Below are positions 17,711 through 26,239 of a stretch of 64,000 nucleotides of DNA, one piece after another. Location: NCBI GenBank assembly GCA_963695435.1, contig OY968788.1:207424-271423 (forward strand), in the 5' to 3' direction. The notes under the pieces are model-generated. The model searched no databases. It saw only the letters and a list, made by a program, of their open reading frames with translations, and was not told the origin of the DNA. The position numbers were made by a program, and so were the translations under genes. Position 1 is the first letter of the stretch; every line of letters begins with the position of its first letter. The DNA comes from an uncultured bacterium. Its GTDB lineage: Bacteria; Patescibacteriota; Kazan-3B-28.

Positions 17711-18685
17711 TTGGCTTGGGCTGAATTTCGCAAAGGCAAACGAAATAAACCGGATGTCCAAGCGTTCGAGCTTCATCTTGAAGATAACATATTCGCTCTT
17801 CGCGAGGATTTGGTGAGTGGCAATTATCGGCACGGTGACTATCATCAATTTCGTATTTCTGACCCCAAACCTCGAGTGATTAGTAAGGCATCTGTTCGGG
17901 ATAGATTATTACATCGTGCTATTCATCGGGTTTTATATCCGATTTTTGATAAGACTTTTATCTTCGATAGTTATTCTTGTCGAGATAACAAAGGTACTCA
18001 TCGGGCATTTTGGCGTTTGGCACAAATGACTCGCAAAATCTCTGAAAATTACACTCGACCTTGTTATGCTTTGAAATGCGACATTCGAAAATTCTTCGAC
18101 AGCATTGATCATCAAATATTATTCGGTCTGTTGGAAGACCGCATAGCGGACGAAAAGTTGCTGAAGTTGCTTCGAGATATTATCGGGAGTTTTGAACATT
18201 CTCCAGGCAAGGGAATGCCTTTGGGTAATCTGACCTCTCAACTTTTCGCCAATATTTATATGGATCCGCTAGATAAGTTTGTAAAACACCAGCTCAAAGC
18301 CAAATATTATTTGCGTTATGCGGATGATTTTATTTTCTTGTCAGATAATCCAGACGAGCTAATGGGTTATTTAGTCGAGGCGAATCATTTTTTGAAAACT
18401 AAACTGAAACTCAATATTCACCCAAACAAAATTTATCTTAGAAAACTGAAATGGGGAATTGATTATGTCGGCTATGTGGTTTTGCCACATTACAATCTGC
18501 CGAGGAGAAGAACGGTCGAAAGAATCAAGAAAAAACTGAAGAGCAGTTTGGCAATGGGTGATTTTGAGTCGGTTGCTGGGGCTATGCCGTCATATCTTGG
18601 CTACTTGGGTCATGCTAATGCTTATAAACTTCAGAAAAGTTTGTTGCGTAAAATAAATGAGGGGAATAATGTTGCCAAATATTGA
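17711..18685 (+). CDS. DGR1 reverse transcriptase (frame is open from 17525; annotated TTG start truncates the conserved N-terminus)
   Basis: RT motifs: ASVRDRLLHRAI, FIFDSYSCRDNKGTHRA, ALKCDIRKFFDSIDH, LGNLTSQLFANIYM (DGR-type GxxxSQ rather than intron QGxxxSP), YADDFIFL. Confidence 0.85.
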   Translation: MAWAEFRKGKRNKPDVQAFELHLEDNIFALREDLVSGNYRHGDYHQFRISDPKPRVISKASVRDRLLHRAIHRVLYPIFDKTFIFDSYSCRDNKGTHRAFWRLAQMTRKISENYTRPCYALKCDIRKFFDSIDHQILFGLLEDRIADEKLLKLLRDIIGSFEHSPGKGMPLGNLTSQLFANIYMDPLDKFVKHQLKAKYYLRYADDFIFLSDNPDELMGYLVEANHFLKTKLKLNIHPNKIYLRKLKWGIDYVGYVVLPHYNLPRRRTVERIKKKLKSSLAMGDFESVAGAMPSYLGYLGHANAYKLQKSLLRKINEGNNVAKY

Positions 18686-18753
18686 ACGGCCGTTCATCTA
18701 ATGGCGGGAAGGAAGTATTTTTTGCTCATTACTCACAACTCATTACCCATAAC

Positions 18754-20106
18754 TCATGTGAGGGAGATTTCTTGGCCGAGGGTAGGCAGGAGGGTTTTGT
18801 TTTGGAGTTGGCGGCGAACTTTGTTCGACAAAACCGTACGGGCTTCGTCTTCGCCATGAGTGAGAATAATCGTTGGTTTAGTAGTGAATCCGGCAAGCCA
18901 TCCAACAAGACCTTTTTGGTCGGCGTGAGCGGAGAAGGAATTGATTGATTTGATTTGCGCTCGTACAACGCGAACTTGATCCATAATGCGGACGCGAGTA
19001 GCGCCTTCAATTAGTTTTCGTCCTAGCGTCCCTTTGGTACAGAAGCCGACAAATACAACTTGGTCGTCAGGATTTCCTAGATGATGAATAAGATGATGCT
19101 GGACTCGTCCGCCGTCAGCCATACCCGAACCGGCAATAATTACTGCCGGTCCTTCTATGTCGTTTATGGTTTTGGATTCTTGAACGGTTGGAGTTTGTTT
19201 GAAATTGGGAAAACTAAATAAATCTTTATCAACTTTTAGATATTTCTGAAAAGTTTCATCAAAAGATTTGGTGTATTTTTTGTAAATGTCAGTAATTTTG
19301 ATGGCGAGGGGACTGTCTAAAATAACGGGAATTTGGGGCATCTGATTGGTGTTGCGGAAAAGATTGAATGTATAAAGCAAATCCTGCGTTCGTTCGAGCG
19401 CAAAAGAGGGGATTATCAATTTGGCATGGCGTTTGTGGGCATGGCGAATTGCCGCCAGCAGCTTTTTCTCTCGATTATTTGCTGGTTCGTGTAAGCGGTC
19501 GCCGTAGGTTGATTCACAGACCACATAGTCAGCTTGAGAAATTAGAGTGGGGTCACGCATAATCGGAACAGGACTGTTTCCCAAATCTCCCGAAAAAACT
19601 AACTTTTTCCCTGCCGTCCAGATTTCAACAATTGATGAACCTAAAATGTGTCCCGCGTCTTGCAAGCAAATTTTGACGCCGTTAGCGGTGAAAGGTTTGT
19701 TGTAATTGTATGTTTCAAAAAGTTTTAGCGCGGAAACAACATCTTTGGTGGAAAATAGTGTTTCAATTTGTTTGAGAGTGGCACCGTGTTCCTGAATGTG
19801 GGCGGCGTCAGTCAAAATCGCTTCGGCCAAATCGCGAGTGGCAGGAGTGGAAAATATTTTCCCTCGGAATCCCTGTCGGTAGAGTTTTGGGATTAGTCCG
19901 CAGTGGTCGAGATGCGCGTGGGTAAGAATAAGAAAATTAATTTTCTTTGGGTCATAGGGAAATGGCTGATAGTTGTATTTGTCAGCTTCGCGTCCGCCTT
20001 GGAATAGACCGCAATCGACTAAAAATTTAGAAGCGTCGGTTGAGACCAGATAGCTGGAGCCTGTAACCATGCCGGTCGCGCCGATGAATTTTATGGAGGT
20101 TGCCAT
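18754..20106 (-). CDS. MBL-fold beta-CASP metallo-hydrolase (RNase J / CPSF-like)
   Basis: MATSIKFIGATGMVTGSSYLV start, HAHLDHCG metal-binding motif, beta-CASP region; ORF track N-terminal extension to 20307 is unlikely. Confidence 0.75.
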   Translation of the reverse strand: MATSIKFIGATGMVTGSSYLVSTDASKFLVDCGLFQGGREADKYNYQPFPYDPKKINFLILTHAHLDHCGLIPKLYRQGFRGKIFSTPATRDLAEAILTDAAHIQEHGATLKQIETLFSTKDVVSALKLFETYNYNKPFTANGVKICLQDAGHILGSSIVEIWTAGKKLVFSGDLGNSPVPIMRDPTLISQADYVVCESTYGDRLHEPANNREKKLLAAIRHAHKRHAKLIIPSFALERTQDLLYTFNLFRNTNQMPQIPVILDSPLAIKITDIYKKYTKSFDETFQKYLKVDKDLFSFPNFKQTPTVQESKTINDIEGPAVIIAGSGMADGGRVQHHLIHHLGNPDDQVVFVGFCTKGTLGRKLIEGATRVRIMDQVRVVRAQIKSINSFSAHADQKGLVGWLAGFTTKPTIILTHGEDEARTVLSNKVRRQLQNKTLLPTLGQEISLT

Positions 20107-20194
20107 AGATACAGTATAGATGAATAGAGAGTAGAGAGTAGAGAGTAGGGGTGGCTTCGAGGTATAATGGGCATGAACAATATTTGTATAACTT

Positions 20195-21340
20195 ATGTAT
20201 ATGAAAAAGATATTTTTTGCTGTTGGTGCGGTTTTGGTGCTGGGGCTTTCAGCTACGGCGGCGGTAGCGGCTCCAACCTTTTTGGCGCCGGAAGATGGTT
20301 CGGTCACTATAAATCAACCGCTAGGCGATGATTTGTATGCCGCGGGTAGCAATGTGATTATCAATAAACCAATCCAAGGCGATTTGATTGCTACGGGTGG
20401 CACGATAGATGTGGATGCAAATGTTAGCGGCGATGTTCTGGTTTTTGGAGGGACAGTAATTATTCGCGGTAATGTGGGAGATGATGTGCGGATAGCTGGA
20501 GGACAGGTAAGTATTTATGGAGCTGTAGGTGATGATTTGTTGATTGGCGGAGGAACTGTTTCTTTGGGTAGTGCCGCAGTGATTAAGGGTGATGTTCTTG
20601 TCGGTGCGGGGAATCTAACATTAGATGGAAAAGTTTTGGGCAGTGCCAGAGTGGCAGCGGACACAGTTGCTCTCAAAGGTACAATATCCGGAAACGCAGA
20701 GGTGCGGGCAGGGGACAGTTTGACTATGAGCGAAAAGGCAAGAGTTGGCGGTACACTGAAATATTGGGCGGAAACAGAAAATTCTGATTTTGCCAAAAAC
20801 GCTGGCAAGGTAGAGTTTCACAAAGCAATTTCAAAACATATGAGCAAGTTGGGTGTTATAGGCGCGTTTGCCGGAATGGCATTGTTTGTAACATTCTGGA
20901 AACTGTTGGGACTGCTGATTATGGGAGCGGTGCTGATACTGCTGTTTCCGAAATATATGCCAAAAGTTGCGGGTGATATCAGAAAGAATCACTGGACAAC
21001 GCTTGGGTATGGGCTTTTGGCAATGGTGTTGGTCCCATTAGCGATGGTAGTGTTGGCAGTGACTGTGGTAGGAATTCCATTGGCGATTTTGCTAGGAATT
21101 ATCTATGCGCTGGTGTTGGTAGCCGGTACAGTGAATGGTTCGTATTACATCGGTCAGTTGTTGGTGCGTAATGACAAAACGGCGTGGGCGCAACTGGGCG
21201 GTATGCTTGTAGGCACACTGATTTTTGGGTTGCTGGCATTCATCCCAGTGGTTGGCTGGATAGCCGGTTTATGGATTATGCTGCTGGGATTGGGCGGGGT
21301 AATAGCTGAACAATGGAAATTGGTGAAATCATATCGGTAG
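20195..21340 (+). CDS. Secreted/membrane protein with bactofilin-like beta-helix repeats and C-terminal TM helices
   Basis: Signal peptide; repeated GD(D)V.I.G..(V)GDD units; 3-4 C-terminal TM helices. Confidence 0.5.
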   Translation: MYMKKIFFAVGAVLVLGLSATAAVAAPTFLAPEDGSVTINQPLGDDLYAAGSNVIINKPIQGDLIATGGTIDVDANVSGDVLVFGGTVIIRGNVGDDVRIAGGQVSIYGAVGDDLLIGGGTVSLGSAAVIKGDVLVGAGNLTLDGKVLGSARVAADTVALKGTISGNAEVRAGDSLTMSEKARVGGTLKYWAETENSDFAKNAGKVEFHKAISKHMSKLGVIGAFAGMALFVTFWKLLGLLIMGAVLILLFPKYMPKVAGDIRKNHWTTLGYGLLAMVLVPLAMVVLAVTVVGIPLAILLGIIYALVLVAGTVNGSYYIGQLLVRNDKTAWAQLGGMLVGTLIFGLLAFIPVVGWIAGLWIMLLGLGGVIAEQWKLVKSYR

Positions 21341-21354
21341 CTAATCAAAAATAA

Positions 21355-21750
21355 ATGAACAAGAAAATATGGATGATTTTTGGGGTTTTGGCGGTGATCG
21401 TGGCAGGTGTGGTGTTTTTTCAGCGCCAGACTGCTGACATTTTGGTAAGCATGCCAAAGGCCAACGCTAAAATAACTAGTCCACTTACGATTAACGGAGA
21501 GGCGGTGGGCAACTGGTATTTTGAGGCAGTTTTCCCGATTAGACTTTGGACGGATGATAATTTGTTGATCGCGCAAACTAGTGGGCAGGCACAGGAAGAT
21601 TGGATGACGAGCAAAAAAGTGCCGTTCAATGCCGAATTGACTTTCCCCGCGCAGCCAGCTGGTACAAAGGGTAAGTTGGTTTTCCAAAAGGACAATCCAT
21701 CGGGGTTGCCCCAAAATGACAAATCATATTCTATAAGTGTTAAATTCTAA
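21355..21750 (+). CDS. Membrane-anchored Gmad2-type Ig-like domain protein
   Basis: N-terminal TM; ITSPLTINGEAVGNWYFEAVFPIRL pattern. Confidence 0.45.
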   Translation: MNKKIWMIFGVLAVIVAGVVFFQRQTADILVSMPKANAKITSPLTINGEAVGNWYFEAVFPIRLWTDDNLLIAQTSGQAQEDWMTSKKVPFNAELTFPAQPAGTKGKLVFQKDNPSGLPQNDKSYSISVKF

Positions 21751-22213
21751 CGGGATGAAATATCTAGCAGTAATTATGGGTGTTCTAGCGGTTGGTGGTG
21801 TTGGGAGCTGGCTGACCAGTCGGGGATTGGATTGGTACAATCAATCGAATATCCCAAGCTTCGCTCCGGGTGGAAGTGTAATTGGGACCGTCTGGACGAT
21901 TATCTATATACTGTCGGCTATCGCGATAATCTTGTGGTTAAGTCAGAAAAAACGGGGTGCGAATTATTATCGGGTAGTCTGGTGGTTTGTGGTCAATGGT
22001 GTCCTAAATGCTTTCTGGAGCTATCTATTCTTTTTCAATCATCAAGTCAGTTTGGCAATTGCGGAGATGGTAGTACTTGAGGCTTCGGTACTAGTGTTGA
22101 TTTGGTTGATGTGGAAGAGAGCGCGGTTATCGGCAATATTGTTGATTCCGTATGCAGTTTGGGTGGTGTTTGCGACTTATTTGGCATATAGTTTCTTGGT
22201 ACTAAATAAATAA
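21737..22213 (+). CDS. tspO: TspO/MBR family (tryptophan-rich sensory protein)
   Basis: Five TM helices, W-rich, GLDWYNQSNIPSFAPGGSVIGTVWTIIY. Confidence 0.6.
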   Translation: MLNSNGMKYLAVIMGVLAVGGVGSWLTSRGLDWYNQSNIPSFAPGGSVIGTVWTIIYILSAIAIILWLSQKKRGANYYRVVWWFVVNGVLNAFWSYLFFFNHQVSLAIAEMVVLEASVLVLIWLMWKRARLSAILLIPYAVWVVFATYLAYSFLVLNK

Positions 22214-22217
22214 CGAC

Positions 22218-22706
22218 ATGAAATATTTGTATTGGGTAATTGGGATAGTGTTGTTGGCAGGAGTGTTGTATTGGGCGTACAAAACGCCGACTAAGGTTGT
22301 GCCGGTGAGCGAAACTGAAACCGTTTATGTCTTTATGACGAGGATGACTCAGACTGATATGGAATATGTACCAGTGGAGCGGGAAGTTGCAAAAACAAAT
22401 GTGATGGAAGATTTGATAAAAGAAGCTTTGACGGAACTAGTTAAGGGCCCGACAGCAGAGGAAAAGGCGGGTGGACTTTCGGTTTCCTTCAATGCTGGAA
22501 CAATAGTGAATTATGTCAAAATTGAAGGGGAGACACTGACGGTTGATTTCAACGAGATTTTCGATTTTCAAATGGGAGGCTCGGCTCGGGTGACTTCTAT
22601 TTCACAAGGTCTTCTGCGGACTATTGAGCAATTTCCGTTAGATGGGGTTACGGGAATCCAATTTACTGTGAATAACGGCGAGCGGGCTGCGGTGTTGGAA
22701 CCATAG
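22218..22706 (+). CDS. GerMN-domain lipoprotein-like protein
   Basis: N-terminal anchor; VKGPTAEEKAGGLSVSFNAGT..TLTVDFNEIF typical of GerMN. Confidence 0.5.
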   Translation: MKYLYWVIGIVLLAGVLYWAYKTPTKVVPVSETETVYVFMTRMTQTDMEYVPVEREVAKTNVMEDLIKEALTELVKGPTAEEKAGGLSVSFNAGTIVNYVKIEGETLTVDFNEIFDFQMGGSARVTSISQGLLRTIEQFPLDGVTGIQFTVNNGERAAVLEP

Positions 22707-22791
22707 TCTGGGAGCCGATTTTTGAGCAGACCTACCCTTGAATTGGAGGGGGTTTTCTGGTAAGCTCACCGCAAGCAGAAGAGACTCATAA

Positions 22792-23835
22792 ATGGAAAGA
22801 TTTAGGGGATTAGAACAGGCACCAACTCAAATAATAGAAGACGAGAAGAATCTCGCCTCGGGTTTTGAGGAATCTTCTGATACGGGTGGGAACGGGAAGA
22901 AATCGGAAGTGCCAGTATTGGAATATCCGCAAAGAAGCTCCGAAGAGTATAAAATTGCTGACGAGAATAAAAAGATGGAGAGTGTTTTGGAGTTTTACTC
23001 GAGCATAATAAAAGACAGCCCTTTATTAACCGCTATCCAGGAGAAGGAGTATGTCCAGATGTTCCAGCAGGGCAACCTGGCAGAGAAAGAACTAGCTCAA
23101 AAGATATTAATTGAATCCAATTTGGGATGGGTCATAAAAGTGGCTCGTTCTTATGTTCGACCGGATGCTCCCTTAGAGGATTTGATCCAAGAGGGGATAA
23201 TGGGGCTGGTTTATGCGGCGGGAAAATTTGATGAAGAAAGAGGTTGCCGGTTCTTGACCTTTGCTACGGATTTAATTAGAAATAGAATTTTGGACTATCT
23301 CACAAATAGAGCCGATATAGTTAGAAAGCCCGAGCATATAGTGGGCAAGATTGGTCAATTCAAAAAAGCAGATGAAAAGCTAGGGAGGGAACTCGGTCGG
23401 GATCCAAATGATCAAGAATTGGCTGATTATTTGGGGGTAGAAAAAGAAAAAGTTCAGGGGTTAAAATTATGGTCTGCGCTGGTTGATTTTTCCTATACTA
23501 TTCCGGTTGAGGAAGGGGGGCAGAGTTTACCAAAGATAGCATTGATTGAGGATCAGAACAGTGGAAAAGAGGAGAAAGTTTTGATAATGCGTAAAAGTCT
23601 TGAAGAGATTTATGCAGTTGCTGGGTTAACCAAAAGAGAAAGGGAACTCCTGGTTTCTTATTACAATGCTAAGGATAGAAAAAATTCAAATACATATGAA
23701 GAGATAGGCAGGCAACATGGTTTGAGAAAGGGGGGAGTTACCCAAACGATAGTAAGGGCAAGAAGAAAGATAAGAATTTGTTTGGCGAAGCACCCTGAGT
23801 GGGCAGATGCTATCAATGAGCTGGGGAACGAGTAG
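22792..23835 (+). CDS. RNA polymerase sigma-70 family factor (RpoD-like)
   Basis: Region 2 LIESNLGWVIKVARSY..DLIQEGIMGLVYAAGKFD..FLTFATDLIRNRI; region 4 HTH near the C-terminus. Confidence 0.85.
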   Translation: MERFRGLEQAPTQIIEDEKNLASGFEESSDTGGNGKKSEVPVLEYPQRSSEEYKIADENKKMESVLEFYSSIIKDSPLLTAIQEKEYVQMFQQGNLAEKELAQKILIESNLGWVIKVARSYVRPDAPLEDLIQEGIMGLVYAAGKFDEERGCRFLTFATDLIRNRILDYLTNRADIVRKPEHIVGKIGQFKKADEKLGRELGRDPNDQELADYLGVEKEKVQGLKLWSALVDFSYTIPVEEGGQSLPKIALIEDQNSGKEEKVLIMRKSLEEIYAVAGLTKRERELLVSYYNAKDRKNSNTYEEIGRQHGLRKGGVTQTIVRARRKIRICLAKHPEWADAINELGNE

Positions 23836-23894
23836 GAAAATTGGAGATACGAAAAAGAGGTGGCCTTGCGGCCACCTCTTTCAAGGTGCGGAGG

Positions 23895-24701
23895 TTAGAG
23901 GGGGAGCGGGGATGTCAGCTTATCCTTTTGCTTATGGGTTCGCCGACCAAGTACGGCGGCTGCCCACTTCGGTGGTTTCAGGACATCTAGGCCTGGTCTA
24001 TAGAATCTCATACCTAGATCAAGTGGGCTATTCATGGTTAGCAGTATCCGCTGGCCTTTGGGACCAGGCATGAACTTTTCCAGGTATCCCAGGTCAGTGG
24101 ATATCGCGTTAAACACCAAGATAGAGTCCGCTCTTACATCCACATTTTGGGGTGAGGTAGCCGTAGAAACGACCACTCTGCTATACCCGCGATCCGTAAT
24201 GCCGATTTTTAAATAATCGGCGGTTACTTTCTGGCCGCAGAGGACCAGTATTTGTTGGCCGGCCAGTTGGGGGATTAGCTCCCACAACTTTTGGCACTTC
24301 GGATGTAACCTTTCGCTTTTCAGCTCACGGACCATGTTCTGGAAGCGAGGACTTCCGCCCAAACGGCTGGCTGCGTCAGTCGTATCGCTATACAGAATCT
24401 TTTCGGAATATGCCAGCGCGGCTGGCGTACCTTCGCCGATCGCGTATCGGCAAAAGTTCCAGACTCTCCTATATTCGGCAACAAGACTGCGCCGAGTCCG
24501 GAAGTCTGGATGTTTTACATGGCGCTTGATTAGCGCCTCGACATCTTCGATGTCCGAGTTAGTCATCGGCGGGAACTCGGGATTCACGATTATCTCGCAC
24601 TGCTGGAGTTGGAAACTGATACTCCCCAGCAGCACTTTGCCATCTTCCCAGAACTTGGTTAGCCAACCAAGTTCCAAACTAAATACTGCATCGAAAGACA
24701 T
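23895..24701 (-). CDS. Hypothetical protein (268 aa), opposite-strand insertion between sigma factor and murD
   Basis: Clean ORF, GC visibly above flanks, no family recognised. Confidence 0.4.
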   Translation of the reverse strand: MSFDAVFSLELGWLTKFWEDGKVLLGSISFQLQQCEIIVNPEFPPMTNSDIEDVEALIKRHVKHPDFRTRRSLVAEYRRVWNFCRYAIGEGTPAALAYSEKILYSDTTDAASRLGGSPRFQNMVRELKSERLHPKCQKLWELIPQLAGQQILVLCGQKVTADYLKIGITDRGYSRVVVSTATSPQNVDVRADSILVFNAISTDLGYLEKFMPGPKGQRILLTMNSPLDLGMRFYRPGLDVLKPPKWAAAVLGRRTHKQKDKLTSPLPL

Positions 24702-24817
24702 GTTCCGCCTCCTTCAGGTGGGATACAATACGATGATGGTAAGACTGCAAAAAGATGCATTTATCCTAGCAAATATCAGATTAGAAGTCAAGATTATCAG
24801 GTCTGGGAGCGCATTTT

Positions 24818-26239
24818 TTGAGCTTTTTCAACCAAAAGGGGACGGGGGAGCCTTTGGGATATAATAAGGAGGTGGCACGAAAATGGAAAGGCAAAAATTT
24901 GGCAATTTTGGGCCTCGGACGCGAAGGTTTTGATTTGGTGAAATTTTTGCTTAATTTAGGCGCAAAAGTGACGGTGTTGGACTCCGCCAGCGGGCAAAAA
25001 CTGGGTTCTAGGTATCAAGACGCCAAAAAACTTGGCGCCGAATTTCGATTGGGCCCAAATTATCTAAATGGACTATCAGATTTCGATATAGTGTTTCGAA
25101 GCCCAGGGATCCCCTTGCAGTTAAAAGAATTTCGGGTGGCGAAGAAAAAGGGTGTTGAAATAAGCAGTACGACTCGCCTATTTTTTGAACTTTGTCCGGC
25201 GCACATTGTTGGCGTCACTGGAACTAAAGGAAAGTCCACGACGGCGAGTCTTACGCATCATTTGCTCGGAGGAAGCAAACGGCGGGTGTATTTGGCGGGA
25301 AATATTGGCCATTCCCCTATTCCTTTATTAAAAAAGTTAAGAAGGTCTGATTGGGTGGTGCTGGAGTTGTCCAGTTTTCAGCTCGAGGATTTGAATGAGA
25401 GTCCTGAAATTTCGATATTGCTCAACGTTGTGTCGGAGCACTTGGATAGGCACAAAACTTTTTCTAAATATCTTTTGGCTAAACAAAATATTTACAAACA
25501 CCAGAAGAAAAAAAATATTTTGGTGGCATCCAGAGATTATCCAGCAACTCGGGCGGCTATTCAGCAGGCAAAGGGTAGAGTCTACCCTATCTCCACCAAG
25601 CAAATTTTGAAAAAGGGTGTGTACTTGGCGGGAGACGAAATTATTTACCGAAACGAAAAAGGACGCCGACAGGTAGTCGCTCCGGTATCATCCATGAAAC
25701 TTAGGGGCGAACATATGTGGCAAAATGTATTGCCGGCAGTTGCGGCGGCGATAGTTGCAGGTACACCAGTGAAGCGGATTGGTGGACGACTGAAGTCTTT
25801 TAAGGGGCTACATCACCGACTGGAGATTGTTCGAACGATTGGCAAAACTATTTTTGTGAATGATTCTTTGGGGACTACACCAGAGGCTGCTGCGGCAGCT
25901 GCATTGGCATTTTCGGAAATGCCAAAAGCGATGATTATTGGTGGAGTGGCGAAGGGCGGAGATGTAAAACAACTAGCAAGAACGATTGCTAAATCAAATG
26001 TGGAGTTGGTAGTGCTGATTGGGCAGTCGGCAACTAAATTTAAAAATGTTTTCAAAAAATTTGCGCCGTATGTTCCAGTAAAAACCATTATCAAGTTTGA
26101 TGATGCGGTAAAACGAGCCTATGCGGCGGTGAAAAAAGGTGGAGCGGTTATTTTGGCGCCGGCTTGTGCTAGTTTCGATATGTTCAAAGACGCTTATGAT
26201 AGAGGAGAACAATTTAGTAAGATAGTTAGGAAGTTGTGA
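24818..26239 (+). CDS. murD: UDP-N-acetylmuramoylalanine--D-glutamate ligase
   Basis: N-terminal Rossmann KNLAILGLGREG, GVTGTKGKSTT P-loop; start may be slightly downstream. Confidence 0.85.
   Translation: MSFFNQKGTGEPLGYNKEVARKWKGKNLAILGLGREGFDLVKFLLNLGAKVTVLDSASGQKLGSRYQDAKKLGAEFRLGPNYLNGLSDFDIVFRSPGIPLQLKEFRVAKKKGVEISSTTRLFFELCPAHIVGVTGTKGKSTTASLTHHLLGGSKRRVYLAGNIGHSPIPLLKKLRRSDWVVLELSSFQLEDLNESPEISILLNVVSEHLDRHKTFSKYLLAKQNIYKHQKKKNILVASRDYPATRAAIQQAKGRVYPISTKQILKKGVYLAGDEIIYRNEKGRRQVVAPVSSMKLRGEHMWQNVLPAVAAAIVAGTPVKRIGGRLKSFKGLHHRLEIVRTIGKTIFVNDSLGTTPEAAAAAALAFSEMPKAMIIGGVAKGGDVKQLARTIAKSNVELVVLIGQSATKFKNVFKKFAPYVPVKTIIKFDDAVKRAYAAVKKGGAVILAPACASFDMFKDAYDRGEQFSKIVRKL

Noticed and set aside
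17711-18685. Interpreting the two RT genes as group II intron maturases or retrons
   Set aside because: Motif 4 is LGNLTSQ (DGR-type) rather than QGxxxSP. There is no maturase X or endonuclease domain and no recognisable intron domain V/VI RNA. Each RT is paired with an Avd homolog and an unambiguous adenine-specific TR/VR pair.
18682-19010. ORFs antisense to or overlapping the beta-CASP hydrolase gene (18682-18948 +, 18729-19010 -, 19368-19562 +)
   Set aside because: They lie entirely within a well-supported 450-aa gene on the other strand and have no RBS or domain support, so they are shadow ORFs.
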